Shown here: positions 27,360 through 37,153 of the stretch, one piece after another
How positions within the stretch are numbered: position 1 is the first letter of the stretch
Layout: the number at the start of each line of letters is the position of its first letter
DNA from: a virus
Taxonomy: Duplodnaviria > Caudoviricetes
Direction: 5' to 3' (one strand)
IMG/VR virus record: IMGVR_UViG_3300005261_000054
Coordinates: 1-40,666 of that record
Length of the DNA: 40,666 nucleotides
Notes under the pieces: generated by a model
What the model was told of the DNA's origin: nothing
What the model saw: only the letters and a program-made list of their open reading frames with translations
The model's database searches: none
Made by a program: the position numbers and the translations under genes

Positions 27360-28415
27360 ATGATTGATATTTTCGATACCCGTACCATGCTGGAGGCGGT
27401 TGAGCAGATGCACCGTCCTGCCCGATGGCTGCGCGATACTTTTTTCCCGGCCGACACTCCTGCTGACACCGAAGCTCTTGATGTCGATATCGTCAAGGGA
27501 GGCCGCAAGCTGGCGCCGTTCTGCTCTCCTCTTGCGGAAGGGAAAGTTATTCCCGGCGCCGGGTTCACAACCCAGACATTGAAACCGGGTTATATCAAGC
27601 CGAAGCGCCCCACAACTGCGGCGGATCTGCTGACCCGGCTTCCCGGTCAGACCATCTATTCCGGCGGCCAAACCATTGAACAGCGTGCACAGATCAAGTT
27701 GGGCAAGGATCTGGCCGACCTGATGGACACCATCGACCGCCGTGAGGAATGGATGGCGGCCAGCGCTCTGGATCTCGGGACAATCACCATGACCATCAAG
27801 GGGGAAACCGGCGATAAAACCGTGCTGGTCGATTTCCAGATGGATTCAACCCACAAGATCACTCTGACCGGCACTGATCTCTGGTCCGATGCTGCTTCCG
27901 ATCCCTTGGCGAAACTGTCGTCAATTGCCCAGATCATCCGCAAGGATTCGGGGGTATCCCCCAATGTGCTTGTGCTGGGTTCCGATGCCGCCGCAGCGTT
28001 TGTTGGAAATGCCAAAGTCCAGAAGTACATGGATATGAGAGCCGTTGATGTGGGTGAAATCAAACCGATGGAACTCCCCGAGGGCGTGACCTATATCGGC
28101 CGCATCCGTTATCCCGGCCTGTTCGTTGATGTCTACAGCTATGACCAGTGGTACGAGCATGAAGATACCGGAGTGCTTACTCCAATGGTTCCGGCTAAAA
28201 AAGCATGGCTCGGCTCTACCAACTCCGCCAACCGCACACAGTATGCCGTCATTCAGGATATCCAGGCTATTGAAGGCGGTCAGGCTGCAGTCTCGCGTTT
28301 TCCGAAATCATGGGTAACAGACGATCCTGCCGTGCGCTGGCTGATGGTCCAGGCCGCTCCGCTGCCTACCATGAAGCAGCCGGACGCATTTGCATCGATC
28401 ACCGTATTGTCGTAA
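27360..28415 (+). CDS. Major capsid protein, lambda gpE family
   Basis: LRDTFF, RKLAPFCSP, RREEWMAA, QAAPLP. Confidence 0.93.
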   Translation: MIDIFDTRTMLEAVEQMHRPARWLRDTFFPADTPADTEALDVDIVKGGRKLAPFCSPLAEGKVIPGAGFTTQTLKPGYIKPKRPTTAADLLTRLPGQTIYSGGQTIEQRAQIKLGKDLADLMDTIDRREEWMAASALDLGTITMTIKGETGDKTVLVDFQMDSTHKITLTGTDLWSDAASDPLAKLSSIAQIIRKDSGVSPNVLVLGSDAAAAFVGNAKVQKYMDMRAVDVGEIKPMELPEGVTYIGRIRYPGLFVDVYSYDQWYEHEDTGVLTPMVPAKKAWLGSTNSANRTQYAVIQDIQAIEGGQAAVSRFPKSWVTDDPAVRWLMVQAAPLPTMKQPDAFASITVLS

Positions 28416-28462
28416 GTCGTCAGGGGCGGACGCGTTCCACCCCATCTCAGAAAGGACCACAC

Positions 28463-28771
28463 ATGGCAAAGACCGTAAAAATACAGGTTATCTCCGGGAG
28501 CATCCACTACGGGAACGACATACATCTTCCGGGAAAGCAATTCGACTGTGATCCCAAAGAGGCAAAGCGCCTGGTTGATATGAAAGTGGCCTTTTATCCG
28601 GTTGCGACTGACAGTAAACCTGTTGTGACACAGGTTGATAATTCGGCTCTACTGGACGCCATCGCTGCTGCTAACTCTCCTGAGGCATTGGCTGCACTGA
28701 TGCCTGAAACCGAGCCTGAAGATGAAATCAAGGCTGCTTTCGAAGCTCGCATGGCTGAACTGGAGAAATAG
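28463..28771 (+). CDS. Small head-associated hypothetical protein (gpFI position)
   Basis: AAGGA RBS, ATG 28463; follows the capsid gene. Confidence 0.65.
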   Translation: MAKTVKIQVISGSIHYGNDIHLPGKQFDCDPKEAKRLVDMKVAFYPVATDSKPVVTQVDNSALLDAIAAANSPEALAALMPETEPEDEIKAAFEARMAELEK

Positions 28772-28776
28772 AGGCC

Positions 28777-29091
28777 ATGGGTTTTCACGAGATGATCGCC
28801 ATTGCCAACCGGGCTGAACAGAAAGCCTTTGGTGAACCGCAAGGAGCAAACTTGATTTTCAAGTCCTCCCGTATACCGGTTGAAGGCATTTACTTGGTAA
28901 CCCCAGGCGGCGTCTCTCCCCTGGATGGCCGGACCATTCTTCCCGGCACTTATTTTTCATGTCTCGCAACTGACGTAATCGGAGTTGGCCCCGGCTGGTA
29001 CGTCGATGTCAAGAATCAGGTCCTGCCCGTTATCGCCGCCGTGCCTGACGGTATGGGCAGAGTCGAACTCTATCTCGGAGATCCGGAATGA
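28777..29091 (+). CDS. Head-tail joining protein (FII-like)
   Basis: Size, position, PDGMGRVELYL C-terminus. Confidence 0.6.
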   Translation: MGFHEMIAIANRAEQKAFGEPQGANLIFKSSRIPVEGIYLVTPGGVSPLDGRTILPGTYFSCLATDVIGVGPGWYVDVKNQVLPVIAAVPDGMGRVELYLGDPE

Positions 29092-29534
29092 ACGAAATCC
29101 AGCTTGTAGATGCCATAACTGCCCGGCTGAAATCGCTGTTGCCAACAGCCATGCAGAACAGCGTGGTTCCGTTCCCATCAAAACCCGAAAGCATCACCGG
29201 CGATATCGTCAAGGTACAACATCCGCGGGGATTGTATTCGGTACGCTATATGGAGTCCGAAGCCGCCAGCGGAGCGGAAACCATCATCACCGGCGTGTAC
29301 ATCTTCGCTCTCAACCCGGAGATGGAAAGCAGGCTGGCAAGGGCTGCAAAAATCATCGTCAATGGTTACTTGTTGCCGGGGATTTCTCAGCGTGGGTTCG
29401 AATTACACAAAGACGAACCGGTCGTGCAGGAAAACGGCGTCATGGTGCGGGTAGTATCATTCCGCTGCACCGTGCCCTCGGTCAAAGTAGCTGAAACCGG
29501 TATCCCGGCGGCCATAGCCGCCCTGAATCTATAA
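29088..29534 (+). CDS. Tail terminator / Gp37-like protein
   Basis: ATGA overlap; PFPSKP..HPRG...VRY; precedes the tail tube gene. Confidence 0.55.
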   Translation: MNEIQLVDAITARLKSLLPTAMQNSVVPFPSKPESITGDIVKVQHPRGLYSVRYMESEAASGAETIITGVYIFALNPEMESRLARAAKIIVNGYLLPGISQRGFELHKDEPVVQENGVMVRVVSFRCTVPSVKVAETGIPAAIAALNL

Positions 29535-29555
29535 CCACAACAAGGAGCACATATC

Positions 29556-30323
29556 ATGTCACAGGGAGCACTCAAGGAAACCGAATATTTCATGCCGCAA
29601 GGCCGCTTGATGATGGCCGAACGGGATTCCACCACCGGCAACCCGCTGGGATTTACCCACCTGGGCAATGCCGTCAACATCAAAGCGGCACTTACCACCA
29701 ACACCATCGACAAAAAGGAAGCCATGACCGGACAATTCGGCCTTCTCGCCCAGTTCGAGACCGAACGTGGCTGCACATTCTCTTTCGATCTGGAGAGTTT
29801 CAGTAAGGAAAACCTCGCAATCGGATTGCGTGCGAATGTTACCGATATCACCGGCGGCACCGCAACCGATGTCGCTATCAAGGTCTACAAGGGCAAGGAA
29901 ATCAACTTGCCGCATATCCGTTGCAGTTCGGTAACGCTCAAGTCAGTCAATGGCACAACCACCTACGATTCCGGCACCGACTACATCGCCTATGACAACA
30001 GCATCGCCATTCCCGCCACGGGAGATATCGCGACATTGGACACCGGAGCCGGGGTGGATCTGCATGTCAGCTATACCTATGCCACACAGTCCAGAATCGA
30101 CGTCTTTACCGCTGCCAAGAAAAACTACTGGTTCTGGCTCGATGCGCTCGATGTCGCCCAGGAAAGCGAAATTATCGGCATCCATTTCTTCAAGGTCACA
30201 CCGAGCGTCTTGAAAGAGCTTTTGCTGATCTCCGACCAGCCCGGCACCATGAGCATCGAGGGCGCCTGTATGCTGGACTCCACCCGGACGTCGGGCAGCA
30301 AGTACATGCAGATCATCAAGTAA
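29556..30323 (+). CDS. Major tail tube protein
   Basis: YFMPQGR, LGNA, ENLAIGL, LISDQPGTMSIEG; no sheath gene. Confidence 0.75.
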   Translation: MSQGALKETEYFMPQGRLMMAERDSTTGNPLGFTHLGNAVNIKAALTTNTIDKKEAMTGQFGLLAQFETERGCTFSFDLESFSKENLAIGLRANVTDITGGTATDVAIKVYKGKEINLPHIRCSSVTLKSVNGTTTYDSGTDYIAYDNSIAIPATGDIATLDTGAGVDLHVSYTYATQSRIDVFTAAKKNYWFWLDALDVAQESEIIGIHFFKVTPSVLKELLLISDQPGTMSIEGACMLDSTRTSGSKYMQIIK

Positions 30324-30343
30324 GAGCCTTGAGGGAGACTGGA

Positions 30344-30640
30344 ATGCCGGAAGAGCGCCGCCAACGCACCTTAACAAAGCACGACCTGGAAGACTTGTCG
30401 GAACTCATACAAAAACATCAGGTCTGTTCGCTGAACCTCAATCCGGATGTGGCCAAGGCTCTGAACGCATTGACGCCCGAGCAGATCGGCATCCTCCGGC
30501 GAATCATGAGCATCATGGGAAGTGCCGCCAGCATTATCGGCGGCACGATCCTGGTTGCCGTCGTTGGCGTGCTGATCGCCATTTTCACCAAAGGATTCTG
30601 GTCAACCATCGCAAGCGGAATCAAAAAAAGCGCAGGCTGA
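30344..30640 (+). CDS. Single-TM membrane protein (holin/antiholin-like)
   Basis: GGGAG RBS; C-terminal TM. Confidence 0.55.
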   Translation: MPEERRQRTLTKHDLEDLSELIQKHQVCSLNLNPDVAKALNALTPEQIGILRRIMSIMGSAASIIGGTILVAVVGVLIAIFTKGFWSTIASGIKKSAG

Positions 30641-30646
30641 ATAGCC

Positions 30647-30889
30647 ATGAAAGGAGCCGACATGAAGTACCTACGGCTCAAAATCAATGTCGCAACATTC
30701 GTTGTTTGTCTGGTTGTCTGGGTCGCGCTCGGTTTGGCAATGGCATGGCCCGGCTATACCCTGCCACTGGAACTTAAAACCCTCTTCGCGACCATTACCG
30801 GCGTAATCATCAACACCTTAACCGGATTCGAGAAAGGAGCCGACGATGAAAACAAAATTCCTGCTGTCCCTGATGTTGCTGGGCCTTAG
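30647..30889 (+). CDS. Two-TM holin-like protein
   Basis: Two TM segments; two possible starts (MKGADM). Confidence 0.5.
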   Translation: MKGADMKYLRLKINVATFVVCLVVWVALGLAMAWPGYTLPLELKTLFATITGVIINTLTGFEKGADDENKIPAVPDVAGP

Positions 30890-31304
30890 CGCCTGCGCCT
30901 CAACAGGAAAAAATATCAACAACAATGATGCAGACCGGATTGATGCCATCCTGACCGCTGCACAACAGGTCAACACGGTTTCCGGTATCATCCTTGACGG
31001 AGCCGGTCCTCTGGCGGTCACCGGCATCTGCGTGGCACAGCCCCCACACTGCGCTGCCGCCAAAGCAGCGCTGACGTTGGCCCACGGCACTCATGACGAA
31101 ATTACCCGGCTCATCTCAGCTGCCGACGCCGCCCATGCCGCTCCGGACGGTACGCAATTAGTGACCCTCGGCGAAAAATTCGCTGCTGAAATGGGAAACA
31201 TCAATACGCTTGTAGCCGCGTACGGCGGGATGCCCGTGGATATCACGACATACCGTTCCGTCCTCACCAGACTCCAAACCGGGACATCTCCCACACCTGA
31301 CTAA
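30846..31304 (+). CDS. Lipoprotein
   Basis: MKTKFLLSLMLLGLSAC lipobox. Confidence 0.75.
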   Translation: MKTKFLLSLMLLGLSACASTGKNINNNDADRIDAILTAAQQVNTVSGIILDGAGPLAVTGICVAQPPHCAAAKAALTLAHGTHDEITRLISAADAAHAAPDGTQLVTLGEKFAAEMGNINTLVAAYGGMPVDITTYRSVLTRLQTGTSPTPD

Positions 31305-31310
31305 GACACC

Positions 31311-34300
31311 ATGGGCGCACAACAACTGATAGCCAACAACGGCAACATCATTGCCGACGCAATCATATCCGCATCCGCCGTCATGCCGTCCGACGTCATC
31401 AAGCGGACAGGCATGACACGTTCAGGCATCGGCATTGCCTCGTTAACCGGTTCCTATACCGGCAGTGATGATGCCACCTATCGGTTGGTCTATCACGCCG
31501 ACGCCGCCCAGCCCGGCTCCGCATCCGCCCCGGTATTCTCCGGCGTGGGTTCAGGATCTCTTGCCATTCAGTCCGCCAATATCCCGGCACAGGAAGTCAC
31601 CGTCACCCTGCTTACCGCCGCTGATGCCGGATCGTCAGCAGAATGCGCCATCGGTACGGATGCCGTAAAAGCGGTTGCAACCGGGGCGACCGGCAACCGG
31701 ATACGAATCGAGGTCAGCCGGGCCGGTTTGACCGTTACCGATAGCGGACACACAACCCTGGAAGCCATAGCTGCAGATGCCGACACCTTGACTCCCGCCC
31801 TCTGGAATATCACCGGCATCATCACCACCACCGACCTTTCCAGCAACGTGCCGACCGATGCTCCCCGTATCCGCTTCGGTTCCGATCCGGTCATCTATCG
31901 TGTCGTGCGAGACTACAGCAGCGGTTCGGCAACGGTCACACTCAGTCCGGCAACCGAACGCGAGATACCAATCGGGACACCAATTTATGTTGTGACCGGC
32001 ACCTACACCATCACCGTCACCGGAGTCGGCATGGGTACAGCCGGAGCGGATATCGTCGAGGCCTATACCGGCATCACCACCGGCTACGACCTGCTGCGCG
32101 CCTTGATGGATTCCGCGCTGATCCGCCCGGCATACACGCCGTCTCCGGTTACCACCATCAATGGTAATGCCGTAACCGATCTGCCCGTCATCACCAGCGC
32201 CCACGCGCTGATCACCTCGGCCACCAGTGCCGATATCCGTCCTGCCGATCTGACGGCGCGCTCCACAGCCACCGCAGAAATAATCATCGTGCAGAGCAAA
32301 GGCAACGGCGCCTGGAGCGTCACCGGCACGGTATCCGGCGCTCTATCCGATGCACAGGAAGGGATAAGCTACGCATCGACAGCCGGCCCCATAACTTTCA
32401 CCATTCCAAAAAAGAAAGTGACCACAAGCAGCAGCATCGACCCGGTATACATTTCAGGTGTCAGTTTCGCGACCAGGGAAGAGTCTGTCGCATTGCCGAA
32501 CATCTGCATTCAGGGGAAACTCGGAATCAACGCCAAGGCGACCAGCATAACAGCCGTCTACACAAAACGCACGGTAATCGCGGATTGCGACTGCCCAACA
32601 TCAATAGCCGGTTTCAGCAACAGTTGTCTGGGACTCACAACAGGAGGTAACGACATGGCACTTGACCCGGCCTACCGGTCGCGATTGGTAGACCTCTACA
32701 CATGGCAAAAAAGCGTCATCAACATAAATGCTAACATCAATAATCTTGTCGCCACAAAAACAACGACATACGTAGCGGAATACTCACGAGCGGCGAATAG
32801 TCTTGATTGGGTAGCCACTGATAAGAGATACCCCACTACTGCGTCCGCTGCTGAATATCGTGGGAGTGCATGGATTGGGGCTATTGAGCCTGTTGCTCAG
32901 ATTACCCTCGCTGACCAACTGCAACACGCTCACCCCACTACCAGCACCAGCGAGACGTATGCTGGGATTATCTTTTGGTCTAGCCCGGTGCCGGGCATCG
33001 ACGGCAATGACATCGATCTCTGCAATACCGTGACAGGATATCTGGCCGAATGTCTGGCGAAGGTCTACACCGACACTGCAGGCCTGGCCGCCTGGGATTC
33101 CCTTTTTACCTCGACCAAGACGGAGCTTGCCAAACTCGACACCATCAAGCTGATTTCGGCGGCTCCCGACGCGTACCTTTCCGGATTCGTCTCAAGCTGT
33201 AATGTGGTCCTGGCAACTGCGGGGATAGTGCCGGGGGAGTCTGACACCGCCAGCGGAACAGCATCGACCGGCTGTTGGCGGAATGATGACGATGCTGAGT
33301 ATTATTGGGTACTCAGCGACGGTTATGCACCTGCGTTCACCGGAGTGAAGTATTACTCAGCGCTCTCCGGAACGTACGAAAACACCAAAGAATTTGCCTT
33401 TGAGATCGAATGCTCCTGCCCCGGTTTGCTGGTGGCTGGCGACACCATTACCATCCAGATCGGGGCGGGACTGGCTGAAAACTGCTGGAACAGTAACAAC
33501 TCGTTCGTCGTCGCCACCATCCCGGCCACGCCACTGAGTGCGACCGGCGGTAAAAACGCCGACGACACCGAAACCTGGGCGGTATCGGGTACCGGAGCCA
33601 CCGCCGCCCTTGCGGATTTCACGGCCACGTCCGCAAACCGGATCTACAATTCCGACGGACTGACGTTCACATTGACCGCCGGAGGTATCCCCTTCGCTGT
33701 CGGCGACCGGTTCACCTTCAGTGTTCAGCGGGGACATTTCACCTGGTTCAAGAACGGTGTCGAAATGGGCACCGGCTCGCTTGCCGGAACAACAACGCTC
33801 GACAGCGGCCTGTCGGCAACCTGGACGCCCGGGGCGGCTCCGGCATTTGTCGAGGGGGACAGTTTCAGCTTCACCGCCCAACAGCCCCATGCAGCCGGCG
33901 GGATCGCCACACCCAACGAATCGGGATGGCACTGGACCGGCGCCGGAGTATTGACCATAACCCTTTCGTCCATGAAGTCCTTATCGTCCCTTGCTCTCTG
34001 GCACAACCTGGCTGATGTCACCATTGAGACAACAGCCGACGGCTCGACCTGGGCCGCCCTTCCCTGGCCTGTCACTCTTCGCTCTCCGCTGACGGTCCTG
34101 TCCGGCGATGCAATCACCGTCAAGGGCATCCGGATCACCAGCACCGCATCCGGCTCCATCCGCTGGCTCTGGGCCGGTATCCCTTTCGCTCCCGAATACT
34201 CAGCGGCGGTCAGGTTGCGCCATCTGTTCGATATGACCCGGGCGCGAACATCGGGAGCATCGGCCATGTTGGGTGAAGGTACGGGCGCAAGCGTGGAATG

Positions 34301-34535
34301 GGATGTTCTGACCCCCGATGACGCCGATACACTCAAAACCATGGTGCGCGGCGTCAAAACCGGCGGCGATGAAACCATCATCATGATCCCGCAGCGCAAC
34401 CACCCCGAGGAGGCGTTCCTGTGCCGCATCGATAACGACAGCCTCGAGCTGGACGATGTGCTGGAGTTCCAGCCGGACGACATCAGTCACCGGATCATTT
34501 CCGCCGGCCTGGAGTTGACCCCCGAATGGCTCTGA
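31311..34535 (+). CDS. Large beta-rich virion (tail) protein
   Basis: 1074 aa, T/S/G/A-rich, repeated PF..GD.F.F motifs. Confidence 0.75.
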   Translation: MGAQQLIANNGNIIADAIISASAVMPSDVIKRTGMTRSGIGIASLTGSYTGSDDATYRLVYHADAAQPGSASAPVFSGVGSGSLAIQSANIPAQEVTVTLLTAADAGSSAECAIGTDAVKAVATGATGNRIRIEVSRAGLTVTDSGHTTLEAIAADADTLTPALWNITGIITTTDLSSNVPTDAPRIRFGSDPVIYRVVRDYSSGSATVTLSPATEREIPIGTPIYVVTGTYTITVTGVGMGTAGADIVEAYTGITTGYDLLRALMDSALIRPAYTPSPVTTINGNAVTDLPVITSAHALITSATSADIRPADLTARSTATAEIIIVQSKGNGAWSVTGTVSGALSDAQEGISYASTAGPITFTIPKKKVTTSSSIDPVYISGVSFATREESVALPNICIQGKLGINAKATSITAVYTKRTVIADCDCPTSIAGFSNSCLGLTTGGNDMALDPAYRSRLVDLYTWQKSVININANINNLVATKTTTYVAEYSRAANSLDWVATDKRYPTTASAAEYRGSAWIGAIEPVAQITLADQLQHAHPTTSTSETYAGIIFWSSPVPGIDGNDIDLCNTVTGYLAECLAKVYTDTAGLAAWDSLFTSTKTELAKLDTIKLISAAPDAYLSGFVSSCNVVLATAGIVPGESDTASGTASTGCWRNDDDAEYYWVLSDGYAPAFTGVKYYSALSGTYENTKEFAFEIECSCPGLLVAGDTITIQIGAGLAENCWNSNNSFVVATIPATPLSATGGKNADDTETWAVSGTGATAALADFTATSANRIYNSDGLTFTLTAGGIPFAVGDRFTFSVQRGHFTWFKNGVEMGTGSLAGTTTLDSGLSATWTPGAAPAFVEGDSFSFTAQQPHAAGGIATPNESGWHWTGAGVLTITLSSMKSLSSLALWHNLADVTIETTADGSTWAALPWPVTLRSPLTVLSGDAITVKGIRITSTASGSIRWLWAGIPFAPEYSAAVRLRHLFDMTRARTSGASAMLGEGTGASVEWDVLTPDDADTLKTMVRGVKTGGDETIIMIPQRNHPEEAFLCRIDNDSLELDDVLEFQPDDISHRIISAGLELTPEWL

Positions 34536-34807
34536 CCGTTACCATATTCACGACTCCGGCAATCACGGCAACCCAGCCGGGCAACCTGATCGGCATATCC
34601 GGCATTACCGCCGAACTGTCCCCCGGTGCGGAAAACGCGAACTGCAGCATATCCCTCGATAACGGGGACGGCCGGTATAGCGAGTTGTTCGCCTCCCCTC
34701 CCCTGGGCGTGACCTGTAGCGTGTCGGATTCCGACGGCACCCTGTTCGAGGGAGTCATTACCAGCATTTCGCTGGGCGCTACCTGTGAGCTGGAGGTGGA
34801 ATCATGA
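34526..34807 (+). CDS. Small tail protein
   Basis: Overlapping ORF in the tail module. Confidence 0.6.
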   Translation: MALTVTIFTTPAITATQPGNLIGISGITAELSPGAENANCSISLDNGDGRYSELFASPPLGVTCSVSDSDGTLFEGVITSISLGATCELEVES

Positions 34808-36093
34808 TCTCCACCGCCCTTTCCGGCCTGGTTCCCCTTCGCAAAACAACCGTCTGGGGCAAGTACGCCAACATCACGACGATTCCCCGCCTGTACAATC
34901 TGGTTACCGTCGACGCCATTCCCTACGATACCGGCGACCGTAACTTCGTGGTTGCGGATCATCCCATAACGGGAGTCGTCACCGTCAAAATAGATGGCGT
35001 GAAGACAACAGCCTACAGCCTGGTTCACCAGCCGGACTCAACCGGAAAAACCATTGCCTTCATCAAACTAGGAAAAACGATTGATCTCACCAAGTCGAAG
35101 GTGACCGTCACACTCAAGGGCATGCTGCACCCGGTCACCGGCAAAATGATGACCAACCCGGCGGACATCGCCTGGGATCTACTGCAATGGACCACCGGCA
35201 AAACCATCGACCGCAGCCGCTTCGCTTTATTCGCAACCGCCTGCGATGCAGCAGGCCTGGAAGCGGGTGGCGCGGTAAAAGACGGTACCCAGACCATGCG
35301 GGCGCTGCTCGACTCCATTATGGACAGTTGCCTGTCGACCTGGAGCGGCGGCATGGACGGTTTCGGGCTGGTGTGCGGCGCCGTTGGAGATGGGTTCACC
35401 ACCACCATTCACCCCACGCAGATCAGCGCCAAAACCCGGCTCTCCGATATCGCCACAATCGTAACGGTCAACTACGGCTATGACTGGGCGGCATCCGATT
35501 ACATCGGCAGCGTCACCTATACCGCACCCGAACAGGTCAAGCAGTACGGAGAGATTGAAACGACCATCGATGCGCCGTACTGCCCGACCGGCCGGCAGGC
35601 AAGCCGCATTGCGGCCTATTGGTGCGCCCGGCTGGCCATCCCGCACTGGTCGACGGTAGTGACCTGCGACCGGTCGGCAGCAGGGGTGACATTGGGCGAC
35701 AGGATCAGCGCTACACATCCGCAGCTTCCGGTAGCCGCCAGCGATGTCGTGGTTACCCGCCGCGAGTACAGCCCGGCCAGCGGAGAAGTTCTTTTGACTA
35801 TTGATCTGCCGTCCGGATCATTGCCGTCCGTCGCCCTGACCGGATCCAGCGGACGCTTGACGCTGACCTCTCCTGTCGGAGTGACCGTCCTTTACAGCGC
35901 GAACAAGGCAATCATCACCATCACCGATGAAGACGGCAAACCGTTGGCCGGGGCGATCTGCACCATGGACGGCGGTCAGACGGTAACGGCGGATTCATCC
36001 GGCATTGCGGTATTTACCGCCACTACCGGCAAGCACACGATTGAAGTCCGGGCGAGCGGATACGACACATTCACCATGGAGGTAACCGTATGA
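34804..36093 (+). CDS. Tail tip / hub-like protein with C-terminal carboxypeptidase-regulatory-like domain
   Basis: TNPADIAWDLL, QYGEIE, LGDRI; ITDEDGKPLAGA...TADSSG..F. Confidence 0.7.
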   Translation: MISTALSGLVPLRKTTVWGKYANITTIPRLYNLVTVDAIPYDTGDRNFVVADHPITGVVTVKIDGVKTTAYSLVHQPDSTGKTIAFIKLGKTIDLTKSKVTVTLKGMLHPVTGKMMTNPADIAWDLLQWTTGKTIDRSRFALFATACDAAGLEAGGAVKDGTQTMRALLDSIMDSCLSTWSGGMDGFGLVCGAVGDGFTTTIHPTQISAKTRLSDIATIVTVNYGYDWAASDYIGSVTYTAPEQVKQYGEIETTIDAPYCPTGRQASRIAAYWCARLAIPHWSTVVTCDRSAAGVTLGDRISATHPQLPVAASDVVVTRREYSPASGEVLLTIDLPSGSLPSVALTGSSGRLTLTSPVGVTVLYSANKAIITITDEDGKPLAGAICTMDGGQTVTADSSGIAVFTATTGKHTIEVRASGYDTFTMEVTV

Positions 36094-36266
36094 TGAGACG
36101 ACGCACACGCCATAGAGGCCTCGGGGATACCGTGGCGGCCATAACCAAGGCAACCGGCATTGAAAAGGCTGTGCAGGCGGTAAGCAAAGCCACCGGTCAT
36201 CCCTGCCGGTGCAAGGGGCGTCAAGCGACACTCAACCGCATGTTTCCCTACCGGAGACGGCGATAA
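36090..36266 (+). CDS. Small basic phage protein (58 aa), absent from the ORF track
   Basis: GGAGG RBS, ATGA and TAATG overlaps; RGLGDTVAAITKATGI...PCRCKGRQATLNRMFPY. Confidence 0.75.
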   Translation: MMRRRTRHRGLGDTVAAITKATGIEKAVQAVSKATGHPCRCKGRQATLNRMFPYRRRR

Positions 36267-36655
36267 TGAAAACCGTAACCCTGCCCGGCACAACCATCAG
36301 TGTTGGTGCGCGGCTGACACCAACGAAGACCGGAACAAAATGTCAAACTGCTGCACTCGTATCACCAATTGCCCTGGTAGCATTCGGCGGCGGAGACTGG
36401 GCCTCGAGTATCAGCACATCAAAAAAAATAATACCGTTGGCTCTCCAATGGGCGGACGGAGTGACCACAAAAAGCGCCGGAGCGGTCGCATGGGAGTTTA
36501 GTGACCCTGACGAGATCGATTGTACCCTGCGTGAAGCGCCGTCCAGCACCTCGGCGTCGTTATACATCAATTCATACTATCTCGGCACCATAACCGTAAC
36601 CGCAACGGTTGACGGGATACCACTGACGGCAACCATCTCAACGATAGGAGAATAA
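36266..36655 (+). CDS. Hypothetical beta-rich tail protein
   Basis: TAATG-coupled start at 36266. Confidence 0.6.
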   Translation: MKTVTLPGTTISVGARLTPTKTGTKCQTAALVSPIALVAFGGGDWASSISTSKKIIPLALQWADGVTTKSAGAVAWEFSDPDEIDCTLREAPSSTSASLYINSYYLGTITVTATVDGIPLTATISTIGE

Positions 36656-36656
36656 C

Positions 36657-37001
36657 GTGAAGAAAACGGCAACCATTACCATCAATGAAAAAGTCATCAC
36701 CATTACTGAGCTGACCGTCCGGCAGATCCTTGAGATCAGGAAAAGCTTCACCGGCAACACGCTGGAAGCCCTGCAGCAGATCCTGCCGCTGATCACCGAT
36801 GCCTCCCCGGAATTCCTGCTCGACCTGGCGCCCTCGGAATTGTCCGAATTGTACGAAAAGGCCAAGGAGGTAAATGCCGCTTTTTTGGCGGTTCTCCCGC
36901 TGGACAAGCTGCTGGCGGGATATCGAAGCGTGATCGTGGAAAAGATACAATCGAACTTGCAACTGTTGTCTGCCGGCTCATCACAGCAGGCCACGGTGTA
37001 G
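36657..37001 (+). CDS. Tail assembly chaperone (G-like)
   Basis: ITITELTVRQI, LAPSEL, EVNAAFL; directly upstream of the tape measure. Confidence 0.8.
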   Translation: MKKTATITINEKVITITELTVRQILEIRKSFTGNTLEALQQILPLITDASPEFLLDLAPSELSELYEKAKEVNAAFLAVLPLDKLLAGYRSVIVEKIQSNLQLLSAGSSQQATV

Positions 37002-37150
37002 CGGTATTAAATTACGGCTGGAGTTGGTTCGAAACAGCGTGTAAGGCGTTGGAAAAAGAACAGACGGATGAGATGAAGCGGCTGGCTACGGCTGTACGAA
37101 TCGGCAGATTTGCGGATGATAAGACATGGCGGAAGTTTATCCAAGGGTGA
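36881..37150 (+). CDS. -1 frameshift extension of the chaperone (G-T-like)
   Basis: Slippery T TTT TTG at 36881-36887; -1 frame open to TGA 37148-37150 (LITAGHG...YGWSWF). Confidence 0.65.
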   Translation, partial: FFGGSPAGQAAGGISKRDRGKDTIELATVVCRLITAGHGVAVLNYGWSWFETACKALEKEQTDEMKRLATAVRIGRFADDKTWRKFIQG

Positions 37151-37153
37151 CGC

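Noticed and set aside
31311-36655. Diversity-generating retroelement or invertible tail cassette
   Set aside because: No reverse transcriptase, invertase, or template/variable repeat pair seen
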